Below, piece after piece: positions 10,420 through 19,535 of a DNA stretch of 32,000 nt. The notes under the pieces were generated by a model. The model did not search any database and was not told the origin of the DNA. It saw only the letters and a list, made by a program, of their open reading frames with translations. Position 1 is the first letter of the stretch. Each line of letters begins with the position of its first letter. A program made the position numbers and the translations under genes. This DNA comes from Candidatus Arthromitus sp. SFB-mouse-Japan (GTDB lineage Bacteria; Bacillota; Clostridia; Clostridiales; Clostridiaceae). The DNA lies in the NCBI RefSeq assembly GCF_000270205.1, contig NC_015913.1, positions 450,001-482,000 of the forward strand. The letters are read 5' to 3'.

Positions 10420-11028
10420 TTGAAATTGAAGATAGGAGTTTTGGGTGGGACATTTAATCCTATTCATAATGGACATATTAATATAGCTAATAAAATATAT
10501 AATGAATTTAAATTAGAGAAGGTTTTATTTTTATTGAATAAAATACCTCCTCATAAGAATTACATAGAACTTTTAAGTGATCATGTTAGGTTAGAAATGT
10601 TGAGAAAAGCTATCAAAGATTATGTGTATTTTGATATTGAGTATTATGAACTAAAAAAAGACTCAATATCTTATACTTATGAAAGTTTGGAATATTTGAA
10701 AAATCATTTTGGATATAATGAATTATTTTTTATAATTGGTTCAGATAATCTAATTAATTTTGAAAGTTGGAAGGGAATCGATAGAATATTTAAAAGTGCA
10801 GTTATTGTGGTTTATTTAAGATTAGATAGTCATCTAAATGATGTATTAAATCTTAAGAAATATTATGAGGATGTTTACAATGCACATATAAAGATATTTT
10901 TAGGAGAAATAATTAATTTATCTTCAACTGAGATTAGAGAAAAGATTATTAAAAATGAGAATATTTTTGGACTTGTTCCAAATGATGTTTATGATTATAT
11001 TATCTCAGAGAGATTGTATTTGGAGTGA
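10420..11028 (+). CDS. nadD: Nicotinate-nucleotide adenylyltransferase NadD
   Basis: GVLGGTFNPIHNGH (the (H/T)xGH nucleotidyltransferase motif) and a C-terminal SSTEIR motif. 200-202 aa. The start is TTG 10420 or, better spaced from GAGGTG, TTG 10426. Confidence 0.9.
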   Translation: MKLKIGVLGGTFNPIHNGHINIANKIYNEFKLEKVLFLLNKIPPHKNYIELLSDHVRLEMLRKAIKDYVYFDIEYYELKKDSISYTYESLEYLKNHFGYNELFFIIGSDNLINFESWKGIDRIFKSAVIVVYLRLDSHLNDVLNLKKYYEDVYNAHIKIFLGEIINLSSTEIREKIIKNENIFGLVPNDVYDYIISERLYLE

Positions 11029-11031
11029 ATT

Positions 11032-11604
11032 ATGGATTTTTTAGCTGTTGATAGGTATATAAAAGAAAATCTTAATAATTTTAGATATGAGCATACTCTA
11101 AGAGTTGTGGATATGGGTATGATTTTATGTAATAAGTTATCTTATTGTGATGAGGAAAAAGTTAAAATTGCTTGTTATTTTCATGATGTAGGAAAGAATT
11201 TACCTGAAGATACGATTTTAAATATGACACTTAATGAAGGATATGAATTAAATGAATATGAATTGAAGAATATACATATCTTTCATGGCGTTGCATCTAT
11301 GGTAATTGCAAGAGATAAATTTAATGTAGATGATATACAAATATTAAATGCTATTAAAAATCATGTTACAGGTGCAGAAGATATGTCTATTATTGATAAA
11401 ATTGTATTTCTTGCAGATTTTTTTGAGATGGGGAGAAATTTTGAAAGAGTTTATAAATCTAGGGATGCTGCTTTGATTGATTTGGATTTAGATAAATCTA
11501 TGTTATTTGCTTATAATTCTATAATTGTAGAGCTTTTAGAAAAAGGAAGATTTATTCATGAGAATACTATAAAAGCGAGGAATTTTATTTTGAAAAATTT
11601 GTGA
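11032..11604 (+). CDS. yqeK: HD-domain protein YqeK (bis(5'-nucleosyl)-tetraphosphatase family)
   Basis: HD motif (CYFHDVGK) and a downstream H...FLADF pattern. 190 aa. The conserved nadD-yqeK gene pair supports the call. Confidence 0.8.
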   Translation: MDFLAVDRYIKENLNNFRYEHTLRVVDMGMILCNKLSYCDEEKVKIACYFHDVGKNLPEDTILNMTLNEGYELNEYELKNIHIFHGVASMVIARDKFNVDDIQILNAIKNHVTGAEDMSIIDKIVFLADFFEMGRNFERVYKSRDAALIDLDLDKSMLFAYNSIIVELLEKGRFIHENTIKARNFILKNL

Positions 11605-11618
11605 AAGGATAGTATGAA

Positions 11619-12509
11619 TTGGATTTTTTAGAATATGAGATTTTAGATGAAGTAGATGGTTTAAAGATTAGAGATTATTTGAAATATGATAAGAAATTGA
11701 GCTCCAGGTTTATTAAGCAGTCTGCTATTGAGAAAAGAATTTTTGTAAATAATTTAAGTGTTAAGCTTAATTATTATTTAAAAAAAGGTGATAAGATAAA
11801 AATAAAGATACATAGAAAGAATGAAACTCAAAGTATTGTTCCAATTCAGGTGGATTTTGAAATTGTGTATGAGGATAGTTTTATTTTGATTGTAAATAAA
11901 CCTAAAGATTTGGTTGTATATCCTAGTAAAAGTCATGATGTATCTTTATCTAATGGTATAATGTATTATTTTAAAACTAATAATATTGATTCAATTGTAA
12001 GACCTGTAAATAGATTAGATATGAATACAACAGGTCTTTTAGTTATAGCGAAGAATCAATATTCCCATATGTTTTTATCTAATTGTATGATTGATAATAT
12101 TTTTTATAAAGAGTATATAGCTATTGTTCAAGATAATATGAAAGATACTAAGGGAATCATTGAGAAAAATATTTTTAGACCTTCTGAAGATTCTGTAAAA
12201 AGGACTGTGCATGATAGTTATGGTAAATTTGCTAGAACTATATATGAAGTTGTGAAAAGATTTGATAGTTGTGATTTAGTAAGAGTTAAGATAGAGACAG
12301 GTAGGACCCATCAAATACGTGTACATATGAGTTATCTTGGCAATCCAATTGTAGGAGATAAAATGTATGGGAGTTGTGTTTCAAGTGTATCTAGATATTT
12401 GTTGCATGCATATAAAATTAAATTTCCTCATCCATATACTAATGATATCATGGAGTTTAAAGTTGATATTCCAAGTGATATGATGGATTATATAAAAAAA
12501 CCAAAATAA
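11619..12509 (+). CDS. RluA-family 23S rRNA pseudouridine synthase (RluD-like, with N-terminal S4 domain)
   Basis: Catalytic motif VNRLDMNTTGLLVIAK (equivalent to HRLDxxTSG) and GRTHQIRVH. 296 aa. TTG start. Confidence 0.85.
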   Translation: MDFLEYEILDEVDGLKIRDYLKYDKKLSSRFIKQSAIEKRIFVNNLSVKLNYYLKKGDKIKIKIHRKNETQSIVPIQVDFEIVYEDSFILIVNKPKDLVVYPSKSHDVSLSNGIMYYFKTNNIDSIVRPVNRLDMNTTGLLVIAKNQYSHMFLSNCMIDNIFYKEYIAIVQDNMKDTKGIIEKNIFRPSEDSVKRTVHDSYGKFARTIYEVVKRFDSCDLVRVKIETGRTHQIRVHMSYLGNPIVGDKMYGSCVSSVSRYLLHAYKIKFPHPYTNDIMEFKVDIPSDMMDYIKKPK

Positions 12510-12538
12510 TCTTAATGATTAGATTATTTTGGTTTTTT
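12495..12538. terminator. Bidirectional intrinsic terminator shared by the convergent pseudouridine synthase and carboxypeptidase genes
   Basis: Perfect 18-bp inverted repeat aaaaaaccaaaataatct (12495-12512) / agattattttggtttttt (12521-12538) with an 8-nt loop. A-tract and T-tract flanks give a U-run on either strand. It covers the TAA of the + gene (12507-12509) and abuts the stop of the - gene (12537-12539). Confidence 0.8.
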
Positions 12539-13406
12539 ATTTTGATGAGATACTTATCTTTTTGATTTTACTAAAACCATAGTTAAATAGATTGATTATA
12601 TCTTGAAGATATTCATCCTTGCTTGAAGCTTTTAGTGCTACAGCTATTAAATCCACATTATTATTCCTTGCAGATGCAGCAAATGTATATTGAGCAGGTG
12701 TCGTGAACCCTGTTTTTCCTAATAATGCGTGTTCATAATAATATTTTCCGTTTTTTAAGATCAATTGATTTTGATTATATATGTTAAAGGAATCTCCACT
12801 TGTTCCAAGTATATCATGTGATTTTGATGTTGATATTTCTATAAATTTTTTGTTTTTGATAGCGTAAGATAAAATTTTACTTAAATCATATGCACATGTA
12901 TAATGTTTATCGTTATGTAAACCACTTGCATTTACGAAGTTTGAATAGTATGCACCTATAGTTTTGGCTTTTTTATTCATTAGTTTTGAGAAATTTTCTT
13001 CAGATCCACATGTATGTTCGGCTAGTGCTATTGCACAATCATTTCCTGAATTTAATAGTAATCCATATAGTAAATCCTCAACTGTATATAATCCACCTTG
13101 GCAAAGTCCAACTTTAGTGCCGTTGATACTCGAAGCTTTTTTAGAAACCTCGACTCTTTCATTTAAATCAAGTGTTTCTAAAACTACTATTGCTGTTAAA
13201 ATTTTTGTTGTTGATGCTGGGTAGAACTTATCATACGCGTTCTTTTCGTATATTATGCTAGATGTTTGATGTGTAATCAGTATTGCAGATTTACTATTTA
13301 TTATCAAATTTGGATCTGTTAAACATTTTGCTCTTATTGGTAGTGATATAAAATTTATCAATATGTATATAAAAATTAACTTATGTAACTTATGTAAGGT
13401 TCTCAT
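12537..13406 (-). CDS. D-alanyl-D-alanine carboxypeptidase (S11 family low-molecular-weight PBP)
   Basis: Signal peptide plus the SxxK (PASTTKILTA), SxN (LNSGNDCA) and KTG (LGKTGFT) motifs. 289 aa. RBS GGAGGA upstream on the minus strand. Confidence 0.85.
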   Translation of the reverse strand: MRTLHKLHKLIFIYILINFISLPIRAKCLTDPNLIINSKSAILITHQTSSIIYEKNAYDKFYPASTTKILTAIVVLETLDLNERVEVSKKASSINGTKVGLCQGGLYTVEDLLYGLLLNSGNDCAIALAEHTCGSEENFSKLMNKKAKTIGAYYSNFVNASGLHNDKHYTCAYDLSKILSYAIKNKKFIEISTSKSHDILGTSGDSFNIYNQNQLILKNGKYYYEHALLGKTGFTTPAQYTFAASARNNNVDLIAVALKASSKDEYLQDIINLFNYGFSKIKKISISSK

Positions 13407-13570
13407 TTAATCCTCCAGAACAAAAACTAAAAGCATTCTTTATTATTTACAACTTGTATTTAAATTATTAATTAATATAAGGATATATTTTGTAAAAAGT
13501 TGAGTGTTTTTTGTTTAAATAATATTTAAAAATGGAATTAATATTAAAAAATATTTTGTTGGGGGACATC

Positions 13571-14239
13571 ATGTTTAAAAAAGATAATTTGGTTAAAGTT
13601 GTATCTATGGGTATAGTTGGAATTGTATTTTTATCGGTATTTTTTATTTACAATAAATCAGCTAAAAATAGTTACAATGAAGTTGTTTCTTTAAATGAAT
13701 TTATTCATGATGATAAAAATCAAGATGAAATCATTGAAAATAATTTTTATTTATCAGAGGAGGATAACATTAAGAAGACTATTTTTGTTGAGGTTAAAGG
13801 TGAAGTTCTGAATCCGAATGTGTACAAGATGGAAGAGGGGAGTATTGTTTATGATTTGATTTTGATGGCAGGAGGTATTACAGATAAAGGTAGTCTTGAT
13901 GATATTAATCAGGCACGTGAAATTAAAAATGGAGAATGTATTATTGTACGTTCTATAGATGATGAGGGGGTTTTAGATAAGCAAGATTTTGTAGATAGTC
14001 GATTTAACGAGACATCTTATAGGCATAGTGGGAGTGATAATAATTCATTTCTTATTAATATTAATACTGCATCAAAGGAAGAGCTTAAGACTTTAAATGG
14101 AATTGGCGATGTTTTAGCAGATTCTATTATAGAGTATAGGGAAGAGAATGGAGTATTTGAATCTATTGATGATATAAAGAATGTATCTCGTATTGGGAGT
14201 AAGACTTTTGAAAAATTTAGAGATAAAATAACAGTTTAA
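13571..14239 (+). CDS. comEA: Competence protein ComEA (membrane-anchored DNA receptor with SLBB and helix-hairpin-helix domains)
   Basis: N-terminal TM segment. SLBB-like segment VEVKGEVLNPNVYKMEEGSIVYDLI..AGG. C-terminal HhH INTASKEELKTLNGIGDVLADSIIEYREENGVFESIDDIKNVSRIGSKTFEKF. ATG 13571 follows GGGGGA; the tracked start at 13532 is probably an over-extension. Confidence 0.8.
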   Translation: MFKKDNLVKVVSMGIVGIVFLSVFFIYNKSAKNSYNEVVSLNEFIHDDKNQDEIIENNFYLSEEDNIKKTIFVEVKGEVLNPNVYKMEEGSIVYDLILMAGGITDKGSLDDINQAREIKNGECIIVRSIDDEGVLDKQDFVDSRFNETSYRHSGSDNNSFLININTASKEELKTLNGIGDVLADSIIEYREENGVFESIDDIKNVSRIGSKTFEKFRDKITV

Positions 14240-14298
14240 AATAATATTTAAAGATGTTATAATTTAGTTTATTAGATTTTGGAGGAGGGATGTTTAGG

Positions 14299-15330
14299 AT
14301 GTATAGCAAATATAAACTTACACACCTTAGTCAAACTTCTGGGTGAGGAGCTAAGATAGAGCCGGAGGTTCTTTCGAATATTTTAGATAAATTACCAGTT
14401 TTTAATGATAAAAATTTAATTGTTGGATTCGAAAATAATGATGATGCGGCTGTATATAAGTTCGGGGATGATTTAGGAATTATATCTACCTTAGATTTTT
14501 TTACTCCAATAGTTGATGATCCATATGTTTTTGGACAAATTGCTGCTGCAAATTCTTTAAGTGATGTTTATGCTATGGGAGGAATACCTGTACTTTGCCT
14601 AAATATTGTTGGTTTTCCTAAATGTCTTCCTATTGAGGTTTTATGTGATATTTTAAAAGGTAGTGCAGATAAGGTAAAAGAGGCTGGGGCTATCGTTACT
14701 GGAGGTCATTCAATTCAAGATAATGAACCTAAATTTGGACTTTCTGTTATTGGTAAAGTTTGTCCTGATAGTGTTTATAAAAATTATGGAGCGAAGATTG
14801 GAGATAAGCTTGTTCTAACTAAAAGGCTTGGTGTTGGGACGATTATTACGGCGATAAAAGGAGAGATTTGTTCTGACGATGCTTATAATGATGCTGTTGC
14901 TTCAATGACTACTTTAAATAAATATGCGTATGAGGCTTCCATTGGTATAAAAATAAATGCTTGTACAGATATAACAGGATTTTCACTTTTAGGTCATGGA
15001 TATGAGATGGCATATGGTTCTAAAGTTTCATTACATTTGGATAAAAAAAGTATTCCAGTGATTGAAAGTTCTATTGAATACTTAAGAAATGGATTTATTC
15101 CAGAAGGTACGTATTCTAATAAAAAATACCTATCCAATAATGTTTATTGCAAATGTGAAGAGTGGGTCGAGGATATATTATTTGAACCACAAACGTCTGG
15201 AGGATTATTGTTTTCTGTTGAAGAAGATGATTTGGAAAGGTTTAAGAAAAATTTGGAGAGTAGACACGTTTTTTACAAAGTGATTGGCGAGGTTAGAAAA
15301 CTTGAAGATAAATTTTTATATGTAGAATAA
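14299..15330 (+). CDS. selD: Selenide, water dikinase SelD (selenophosphate synthetase) containing selenocysteine encoded by in-frame TGA 14344-14346
   Basis: Frame 1 reads MYSKYKLTHLSQTSG-U-GAKIEPEVLSNILDKL...NDDAAVYKF...TLDFFTPIVDDPYVFGQIAAANSLSDVYAMGG and continues into tracked ORF 14575..15330. The U lies exactly at the Cys/Sec position of the SelD N-terminal glycine-rich loop. RBS GGAGGAGGG at 14281-14289. 343 residues, a normal SelD length. Confidence 0.9.
14351..14386 (+). promoter_or_regulatory. Putative bacterial SECIS hairpin for the selD UGA
   Basis: Starts 5 nt after the UGA. Lower stem ctaagata (14351-14358) / tattttag (14379-14386), 8 bp with one G-U. Upper stem gagc (14359-14362) / gttc (14368-14371). 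Apical loop CGGAG contains the unpaired GG typical of bSECIS loops. There is a 7-nt 3' internal bulge. Confidence 0.55.
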
Positions 15331-15341
15331 AAAGGAATGAT

Positions 15342-16730
15342 ATGTTATTGAAAAATTTATATAAGAAGATTCCTAAGGTTGATGAATTATTGAGTTTGGA
15401 TAATGTTAAAGAGGCACTTGAGTTATATCCGAGGGAAGTTGTATTGAATATATTAAGAAATATTTTAAATACATACCGAGAGATGATTAGGGATGGAAAA
15501 GTTTTTGATATAAGTTTTCAAATAATATCACATATATTTAATGATGAATTACGTAAGGAATTGAGATATAGCATTAGGAAAGTTATTAATGCAACTGGTG
15601 TAATAGTACATACAAATCTTGGAAGAAGTAAAATATGTGAAGATGGCATTAGGCATATGATTGAGGTTGCAGAAAATTATTCAAATTTGGAGTATGATTT
15701 AGAACAAGGATCAAGGGGTAATAGATATTCTCATGTTGAGGGAATTATATGCAGAGTTATTGGTTGTGAGTCAGCTCTTGTTGTAAATAATAATGCAGCA
15801 GCTATAATGATTGTATTAGATACTTTGTGTAGGAATACAGAGGTAATTGTTTCAAGGGGAGAACTTGTTGAGATTGGAGGATCTTTTAGAATTCCTGATG
15901 TTATGAAGTTTAGTGGAGCTATATTGAAAGAAGTAGGGTGTACTAATAGAACTCATTTATTTGATTATGAGAATGAGATAAATGATAATACTAGTGCTTT
16001 TCTTAAAGTGCATTCTTCTAATTATTATATTGGAGGTTTCACGAAAAAAGTTAGTATTAAAGATTTAAGTGAACTTAAGGAGAAGTATAGAAAAATAATA
16101 ATTGAAGATATTGGTAGCGGTTCTATAATAGATTTGTCTAAATATGGCATTAGATTTGAAGGTAATTTAGTTCAGACATCTCTGATGGATGGCGCTGATA
16201 TTGTAACTTTTAGTGGTGATAAAATGCTGGGTGGACCACAAGCAGGAATTATTGTTGGTAAGAAACATTTGATTGATAAAATAAAGAAGAATCATTTGTT
16301 GAGAGCTTTGAGAGTTGATAAGTTTATTCTTGCTTCTTTGGAATCAACTTTTAGATGTTATTTAGATGAAAAGTTCGCGATTAAGAATATACCCACTCTT
16401 AAGATGATTACATATGAATTAGGATTTTTAAAAAAAAATGCTCTTGAGTTACTTGAGAGACTTAATAAAATAAAAGGTTTTAATATAAAAGTTGATAAGG
16501 GATTTTCTATTATAGGTGGAGGATCTATGCCAAGAGAGAAAATAGGAACGTATGTTTTATTAATTAAACATGATAATATGTCTGTATATGAAATTGAAAG
16601 AAGGTTAAGAAACAATACCATTCCTATTATAGTAAGAATTGAAGATAATTTTGTTAAGTTAGATGTTCGAACTATAGAAAAATGTGAATTTGATGAAATT
16701 TATAGAGCATTTATTAAATTGGAGTGTTAG
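15342..16730 (+). CDS. selA: L-seryl-tRNA(Sec) selenium transferase SelA
   Basis: 462 aa. N-terminal KKIPKVDELL. PLP-lysine region FSGDKMLGGPQAGIIVG. Sits between selD and selB. Confidence 0.92.
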   Translation: MLLKNLYKKIPKVDELLSLDNVKEALELYPREVVLNILRNILNTYREMIRDGKVFDISFQIISHIFNDELRKELRYSIRKVINATGVIVHTNLGRSKICEDGIRHMIEVAENYSNLEYDLEQGSRGNRYSHVEGIICRVIGCESALVVNNNAAAIMIVLDTLCRNTEVIVSRGELVEIGGSFRIPDVMKFSGAILKEVGCTNRTHLFDYENEINDNTSAFLKVHSSNYYIGGFTKKVSIKDLSELKEKYRKIIIEDIGSGSIIDLSKYGIRFEGNLVQTSLMDGADIVTFSGDKMLGGPQAGIIVGKKHLIDKIKKNHLLRALRVDKFILASLESTFRCYLDEKFAIKNIPTLKMITYELGFLKKNALELLERLNKIKGFNIKVDKGFSIIGGGSMPREKIGTYVLLIKHDNMSVYEIERRLRNNTIPIIVRIEDNFVKLDVRTIEKCEFDEIYRAFIKLEC

Positions 16731-16734
16731 AAGA

Positions 16735-18636
16735 TTGAAAAATATTATATTAGGTACAGCGGGACATATTGATCATGGGAAGACCTCGCTTATAAAATGT
16801 TTAACTAATATTGATACTGATTCATTAGAAGAAGAGAAAAGAAGAGGAATATCTATAAATTTGGGATTTGCTTTTTTTGATTTGCCATGTAAAATTAGGG
16901 TAGGAGTTATAGATGTTCCTGGACATGAAAAGTTTATTAAAAATATGATAGCAGGTTCAGTTGGAATTGATATAGTTCTCTTAGTTATTGCTTGCGATGA
17001 TAGTATAAAGCCTCAAACTAGAGAACATATAGATATTTTAAGTTTTCTTAATATTGATAAGGGAATAATTGTCCTAACTAAAAGAGATTTAGTTGATGAT
17101 GAGTGGTATGAGTTTATAAAAAGTGAAATAAAAAATGAATTAAAAGGTACTTTTTTAGAAAATTCTGTTGTTGTGGGGTTTTCATCTAAAACTAGAGATG
17201 GATATGATGAACTTGTTAATGAAATAGAAAGATTAATTGATTATGATGATTATAAGAGTTCTGATGGTATATTTAGGATGCCTATTGATAGGTGTTTTAG
17301 TTTGAGTGGTTTTGGAACTATTGTAACAGGAACTATAATGTCTGGTAAAATTAGTTTAAATGAGAGTATATTTATATATCCATCTGGTATTGAGTGTAAG
17401 GTTCGTAATATTCAAGTTTATGAGGAAAATAAAAAAGAGGCATTCTCAGGTCAGAGGTGTGCAATAAATTTATCTAATGTTAAGAAGGAAATAAAAAGAG
17501 GAGATGTTGTATCAACAAATGCTTCATTAGCTTTAAGCTATATGATAGATTGTAGGTTTTATTCAGTTAAAAATTTAAGTAAAGATATATTAAATGGCCA
17601 GAGAGTACGTTTTCTCCATGGAACTAGTGAAGTAATGGGTAGAATACATATTTTAGATAAAGAAAATATTGGGAAAAATTCTGAGGCTTATGTTCAAATT
17701 CATTTAGAGAAACCTATTTTATGTTTAAAGGATGATAGATATGTGGTTAGAATGTATTCTCCTGTATTAACAATTGGTGGGGGGTACATTATAAATCCAT
17801 TAGCTAAAAGGATTAAAGATAATAACGTAAAATATTTAGAAGAAGTTAAAATAAAAGAGAAGGAGCTAAACGAAGAATACTTAGCATTATTAATTGAAAA
17901 TGATAAGAATTATATAATTGATATTAAATATATTTGTAAAAATTATTTATTATTAGAAGATGAAATCTTAGATAAATTTGATATCTTGGTTAGTAATGGT
18001 ATATTGATTGATTTTCACGATGGGAATAATAGATATTTTATTCATAAAAATAATTTAGATAAGATTTATTTAGAAATTAAAAATATACTTACTGAATATC
18101 ATTCTAAAAATAAATTCAGAATTGGTTTTTTAAAAGAAGAATTAAGAGGTAAATTGAATTTAAAAGAATTTAAGCCTAAAATTTATATGCTTATACTTAA
18201 TTATTTTGAAGATATGGGATATATAAAGTCTACATCAAAATATATTTCATTGAGTGATTTTAAAATAGAGTTATCAAATGACATAAATAAAATGATTGAT
18301 GGAATTATTAATGAATATAAGGAGTCTAAGTTTGTACCACCTAAGATTAAGGATTTAGAGAATAAGTTTGATTGTAAGGATTTTATGGAGGTACATTATT
18401 ATTTAGAGGAAATTGGAGTTTTATACAAAGTTAATTCAGAGATGTATGTTTTAAGGGAAGATTTTATATCTGCAAGAGATAGGATAATTAATTTTATAGC
18501 AAAAAATGGGTTTATTGACCTTAATTTGGCAAAAGAACTTTTAAATTCTAACAGGAAATATTCTGTTTTTTTTCTTGAACATTTAGATCAATTAAAGATA
18601 ACTGTAAGGAAAGATAATATTAGGGTTTTGTTTTGA
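16735..18636 (+). CDS. selB: Selenocysteine-specific translation elongation factor SelB
   Basis: LKNIILGTAGHIDHGKTSL (G1), DVPGHEKF (G3) and TKRD (G4), plus a long C-terminal winged-helix region for SECIS binding. TTG 16735 follows GGAG at 16721-16724. The tracked start at 16684 overlaps selA and adds non-homologous residues. Confidence 0.9.
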   Translation: MKNIILGTAGHIDHGKTSLIKCLTNIDTDSLEEEKRRGISINLGFAFFDLPCKIRVGVIDVPGHEKFIKNMIAGSVGIDIVLLVIACDDSIKPQTREHIDILSFLNIDKGIIVLTKRDLVDDEWYEFIKSEIKNELKGTFLENSVVVGFSSKTRDGYDELVNEIERLIDYDDYKSSDGIFRMPIDRCFSLSGFGTIVTGTIMSGKISLNESIFIYPSGIECKVRNIQVYEENKKEAFSGQRCAINLSNVKKEIKRGDVVSTNASLALSYMIDCRFYSVKNLSKDILNGQRVRFLHGTSEVMGRIHILDKENIGKNSEAYVQIHLEKPILCLKDDRYVVRMYSPVLTIGGGYIINPLAKRIKDNNVKYLEEVKIKEKELNEEYLALLIENDKNYIIDIKYICKNYLLLEDEILDKFDILVSNGILIDFHDGNNRYFIHKNNLDKIYLEIKNILTEYHSKNKFRIGFLKEELRGKLNLKEFKPKIYMLILNYFEDMGYIKSTSKYISLSDFKIELSNDINKMIDGIINEYKESKFVPPKIKDLENKFDCKDFMEVHYYLEEIGVLYKVNSEMYVLREDFISARDRIINFIAKNGFIDLNLAKELLNSNRKYSVFFLEHLDQLKITVRKDNIRVLF

Positions 18637-18638
18637 TA

Positions 18639-18669
18639 GATGGTGCATTAGTTTGTATCATCTTTTTTT
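18639..18669 (+). terminator. Rho-independent terminator after selB
   Basis: Stem gatggtgc (18639-18646) / gtatcatc (18655-18662), 8 bp including two G-U pairs, 8-nt loop, followed by ttttttt (18663-18669). Confidence 0.6.
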
Positions 18670-18753
18670 ATTTTAAGATAAATATTATTATATGAATTTT
18701 TAAGTTTTAAATGGAGAAAATAATTTCGATATATTATAGGGAGGGGATATAGG

Positions 18754-19437
18754 TTGACATTTACTAATGTTTTTTTAGGTATAGCGATATTTTTAAATAG
18801 TATAAGTTTTATAAGCTCTAGTAAAGCTTGCAAAAATCAATCATCTGTAGAAAAAAGTGACATAATGGTTTTAAATTATAATGAGGATTTATTTGATTTA
18901 TATGAAAGTTCTCCCAAATATTTTTTAGATAGTTTGGTATATGAAAGCAGAGTAAAGGGTATATTAAACAAAAATTTTGAGAAAAGTTTTGATGAATTTT
19001 ACGATCAAATTAATACTAAGATATCTTTTTTGGAAGGAGAAATAGAGAAGATTGAAAATAATACGCAAGCATTCTCTAGTGAGTACATATTTCATAGGAA
19101 AAATCACATAATGACAGAAATTCAAAATTTAAGGAATAGGATAGAGAATATGAGTACGCGAGAAAAGAGAAAGCTCATATGTTATGAATATAGGAATACA
19201 GATGTAAATAATTATGAAGGGATTTTAGGATTTAGTGTTATATATGCTGATAAAGATAAACCATTTCTAATTGGAACTGTAGCAATGCCTGATTATATTG
19301 GTAAGATTGAACCGTTAATTACATTTAGATCTTTGGATACATATAGGTCTAAGTATAAAACAACAGCTGATAAATTTTATACTGAACCACTGAATTATTT
19401 TGACAGGTATTTTTTAGAAACGGTAGGATTTAAATAA
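18754..19437 (+). CDS. Hypothetical secreted or membrane-anchored protein (N-terminal hydrophobic segment, Cys26; central coiled-coil-like region)
   Basis: 227-aa ORF. TTG start 6 nt after GGGAGGGGA. N-terminus MTFTNVFLGIAIFLNSISFISSSKAC is signal-like with an imperfect lipobox (SKAC). I recognise no family. Confidence 0.5.
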   Translation: MTFTNVFLGIAIFLNSISFISSSKACKNQSSVEKSDIMVLNYNEDLFDLYESSPKYFLDSLVYESRVKGILNKNFEKSFDEFYDQINTKISFLEGEIEKIENNTQAFSSEYIFHRKNHIMTEIQNLRNRIENMSTREKRKLICYEYRNTDVNNYEGILGFSVIYADKDKPFLIGTVAMPDYIGKIEPLITFRSLDTYRSKYKTTADKFYTEPLNYFDRYFLETVGFK

Positions 19438-19535
19438 ATTATTAAATATTATTTATAAACTTGTAAAATCAATTAAAATAAATTAAATTATAAATAACAA
19501 ATTGTTTACATGTATGATTTACGAAAGGAATACGA

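Noticed and set aside
14240-18753. Searched the flanks of the sel operon, and the other intergenic regions of the window, for tRNA-Sec or any other tRNA.
   Set aside because: No G/C-rich acceptor-stem pairings or T-loop GTTCRA-type motifs were seen by eye. A covariance-model scan is still needed to be certain.
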